A stretch of 49,555 bases of DNA, from the NCBI RefSeq assembly GCF_006345805.1, contig NW_021834406.1:1-49555 (forward strand), given 5' to 3'. Below are positions 47,557 to 49,555 of the stretch, one piece after another. The notes below the pieces were generated by a model. That model saw only the letters and a program-made list of their open reading frames with translations. It was not told where the DNA came from and made no database searches. Position numbers and translations under genes: made by a program. The DNA comes from Octopus sinensis. Taxonomy: Eukaryota. Numbering within the stretch: position 1 is the stretch's first letter; every line of letters starts with the position of its first letter.

Positions 47557-48372
47557 CTACTTACTGTTGTTGGTGTGGGGGTGGCTCCCTTGTGCTTTTG
47601 CACGGGTGCTTCAATAATATTTTTGTAAAGTTTCTGAGAGAAACTTTTCCCTAACGATCCCACATCGTTAGGGAATATTTGTTTTATTTCGTTGTAAACT
47701 GTTTTGTTTATTTTTATTGTGAGAATGTGTGCTGGTGGTGTGTTGTGTGTAGGTATTATGAATCTGTAATGTTTGTGCTTGTTTTGTTTTTCAAATACTC
47801 AACCAGTTCCTGGTTTCTTGTATTCACTGCTGTAATCGTGTCTGTAATTGTGTCTGTGTTTTTTGTGTCTGTGGTAGTGGCAGTAGTGGTGTCGAAAGTG
47901 TTGTTGTTGTTGTTTGTTGTTGTGAGTGTGTGTTGTTGTTGATGTTGTTGTTGATGTTGGGAAGTACTATTTGTTCGTGCTTCCCCTGTAAATCTTTTGT
48001 TTTTTCCTCCTTTTCTTTTTTGGAGGCACTATGTTCCATTCTCCTTTGTTGGAATCAGAGCTCGCACAATCCGAGATCTCTTCATCCGGCAAAGGAATGG
48101 TTGAGGGGTCTGCTTCAGTAGCAGGACGAAAAGTTTTTGGTTCCGCCGGTATCGGTGTGCCGCTGCTCCTGTTACTGTTGATGTCGCTGCTGTCGACCTT
48201 CGAGGTACTGGTGTCGGTGTTGGTTTGGTGTGGTTTTCGGTGTTGGTTTGGTGGTGGTTGTTGTTGTTGGAGGTGGTGTTGTTCGTCTTGGTGCTGGTGT
48301 TGGTGATGGTGTTGGTGGTGTGGCAGCCTTTGGTGTTTCTTGCTGTTTTTGTTGTTTCTGTTGTTGTTGCTG

Positions 48373-48403
<31 letters not shown>

Positions 48404-49425
48404 GCTGCTGCCTCTTGCTGAAAGCCTCCATCCTCTTTTTGTGAATGGGACAGTCCCTCTTTAAGTGGCTTTCGCTGCTGCAGAGAAAACATTTTGGCTT
48501 TCGCCCCTCCACAGCAACGTTTAGCCTGGTGCCGTCCGGCAAACTTACGAAATCAGGGACTTTACTTATATTCTCTTGCTGAATTTGCGCAAGAAGCAGC
48601 ACTCCCATCCCCAACCAGTTTTTCGCCCTCACTCTCCTGACATCTAGAATGGTGGTAGTGTCCTCTATATCATAGAGGACAGCTGCCACCAGCCATGACA
48701 TATCTAGCTCAGGGGGGGGGAGGTCGATTTTTATTTTTGTTACTCTTCGCCCGAGGTGGGTCGGAACTAGTAACAAATTCTCAGTTTGCAAGGGCGAAAT
48801 GGCGTTCGCCCTTGCAAGCTCCTCTGTTGGGAAGCGAACCTCCACGGTTCCAAAACGCTTCCCCTTGGTTACGTAGCTCTTTTGGGCCCAAATGGGCTTT
48901 AGAGCTATCTCCAACTGTTGGGGGTGGCATTTTATTTTTTTTAGTTTTCTGTCGAAAACTTTGTAATTATTATGTTTTCTTGTTGGTGCTTTCAATCACC
49001 TCTTGTGGAGTATTGAGGAAGATGCCATTGCCATCCTTCCTCAACAACTCCTTCGCTCTTTTCACATCTTCTAGAGTTATCTTAACTTCCTCCGAAATTT
49101 GCTTCGCAGCAGAAGCAAAATTGTTGGAAGTTTTTTCTTTATCTCCGTGTCAATGTTTGTGATGATTTTTGTATTTGTTTTTTTTTCCTCCTCCTTCCGT
49201 ACCAAAGCATTGGGTGAAGGCAGAGGGGGAAAATCGAGAATTACGTCGAACGCGACGTCCTGGCTTGCATTCTCCTTTTGAACCGAGCGCGTGCTCTCCG
49301 GTTCGGAAGGAGGACTTTGTGTTGCCTTTTAAGGCGTGAAGTGGGTGTTTTGGACGAGTTGTGTGTGTTTGCGGAGGGAATGTATCTTGAAGGAAGGAAC
49401 AGCCAACTGTTCGCTTCATAGCCAT
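47557..49425 (-). CDS. LINE ORF1 (gag-like nucleic-acid-binding protein), frameshifted; boundaries approximate
   Basis: CFLCSSESHLKRDC zinc knuckle at 48450-48491 inside ORF 47967-48995, an upstream ATG at 49425, and a low-complexity Q/N/T-rich C-terminal part. Confidence 0.7.
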
Positions 49426-49555
49426 GTTTTTTTTGTTGTAATATTCAAAATGTTGAAAAATGTCAAATGTTCAAAATTTTAAAACGTAATTTCACCCCGA
49501 ATGGGGCAAAATTTCGCCCAACCGACGAGCTCCGCAAGAAGCCGGTCGGTTTGGC

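Larger units (their letters stand above)
43811..49555 (-). mobile_element. Tx1/L1-clade non-LTR retrotransposon, near full length (5' UTR runs off right edge)
   Basis: Two-ORF layout: gag-like ORF1 with a CCHC knuckle, ORF2 APE-RT-zf-RVT; ~280-nt 3' UTR ending CCTTGTGGCCAATAAAAAAG; clearly higher GC than the flanks. Confidence 0.95.

Overview
This is AT-rich eukaryotic DNA packed with microsatellites and retroelements. The SINE families and repeat landscape point to an octopod cephalopod, most likely Octopus; this is inferred, not proven. I cannot support any host protein-coding exon, rRNA, true tRNA gene or CRISPR array, so the window looks intergenic or deep-intronic, and most ORF-track entries are microsatellite artefacts. 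Autonomous-type elements: (1) a near-complete Tx1/L1-clade LINE on the minus strand (43811 to beyond the right edge; ORF1 with a CCHC knuckle, ORF2 with APE endonuclease, RT and zf-RVT); (2) 5'-truncated relics of a Dong/R4 element inside (TAA)n, a HERO-like RLE element and an RTE/RTE-X-like element; (3) a Penelope-like element (RT plus GIY-YIG start) with an inverted terminal copy; (4) an internally deleted Tc1/mariner. There are about 30 copies or fragments of three or four tRNA-derived SINE families, labelled here A, B, C/C' and a CORE-type family (my own labels). Highlights: (a) the Tx1 LINE 3' end and several SINE tails share a small stem-loop with a CUUGU loop and covarying stems, suggesting a Tx1-driven SINE system whose SINEs also insert into each other at fixed junctions; (b) about ten type I hammerhead-ribozyme motifs of the Penelope minimal type, including one with a fully canonical core (24085-24147) and a family with a compensatory A3-U8 core pair; (c) the Tx1 ORF2 has only single-base frameshifts and no nonsense codons, so it may really be intact. 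All coordinates were read by eye and may be off by a few bases.
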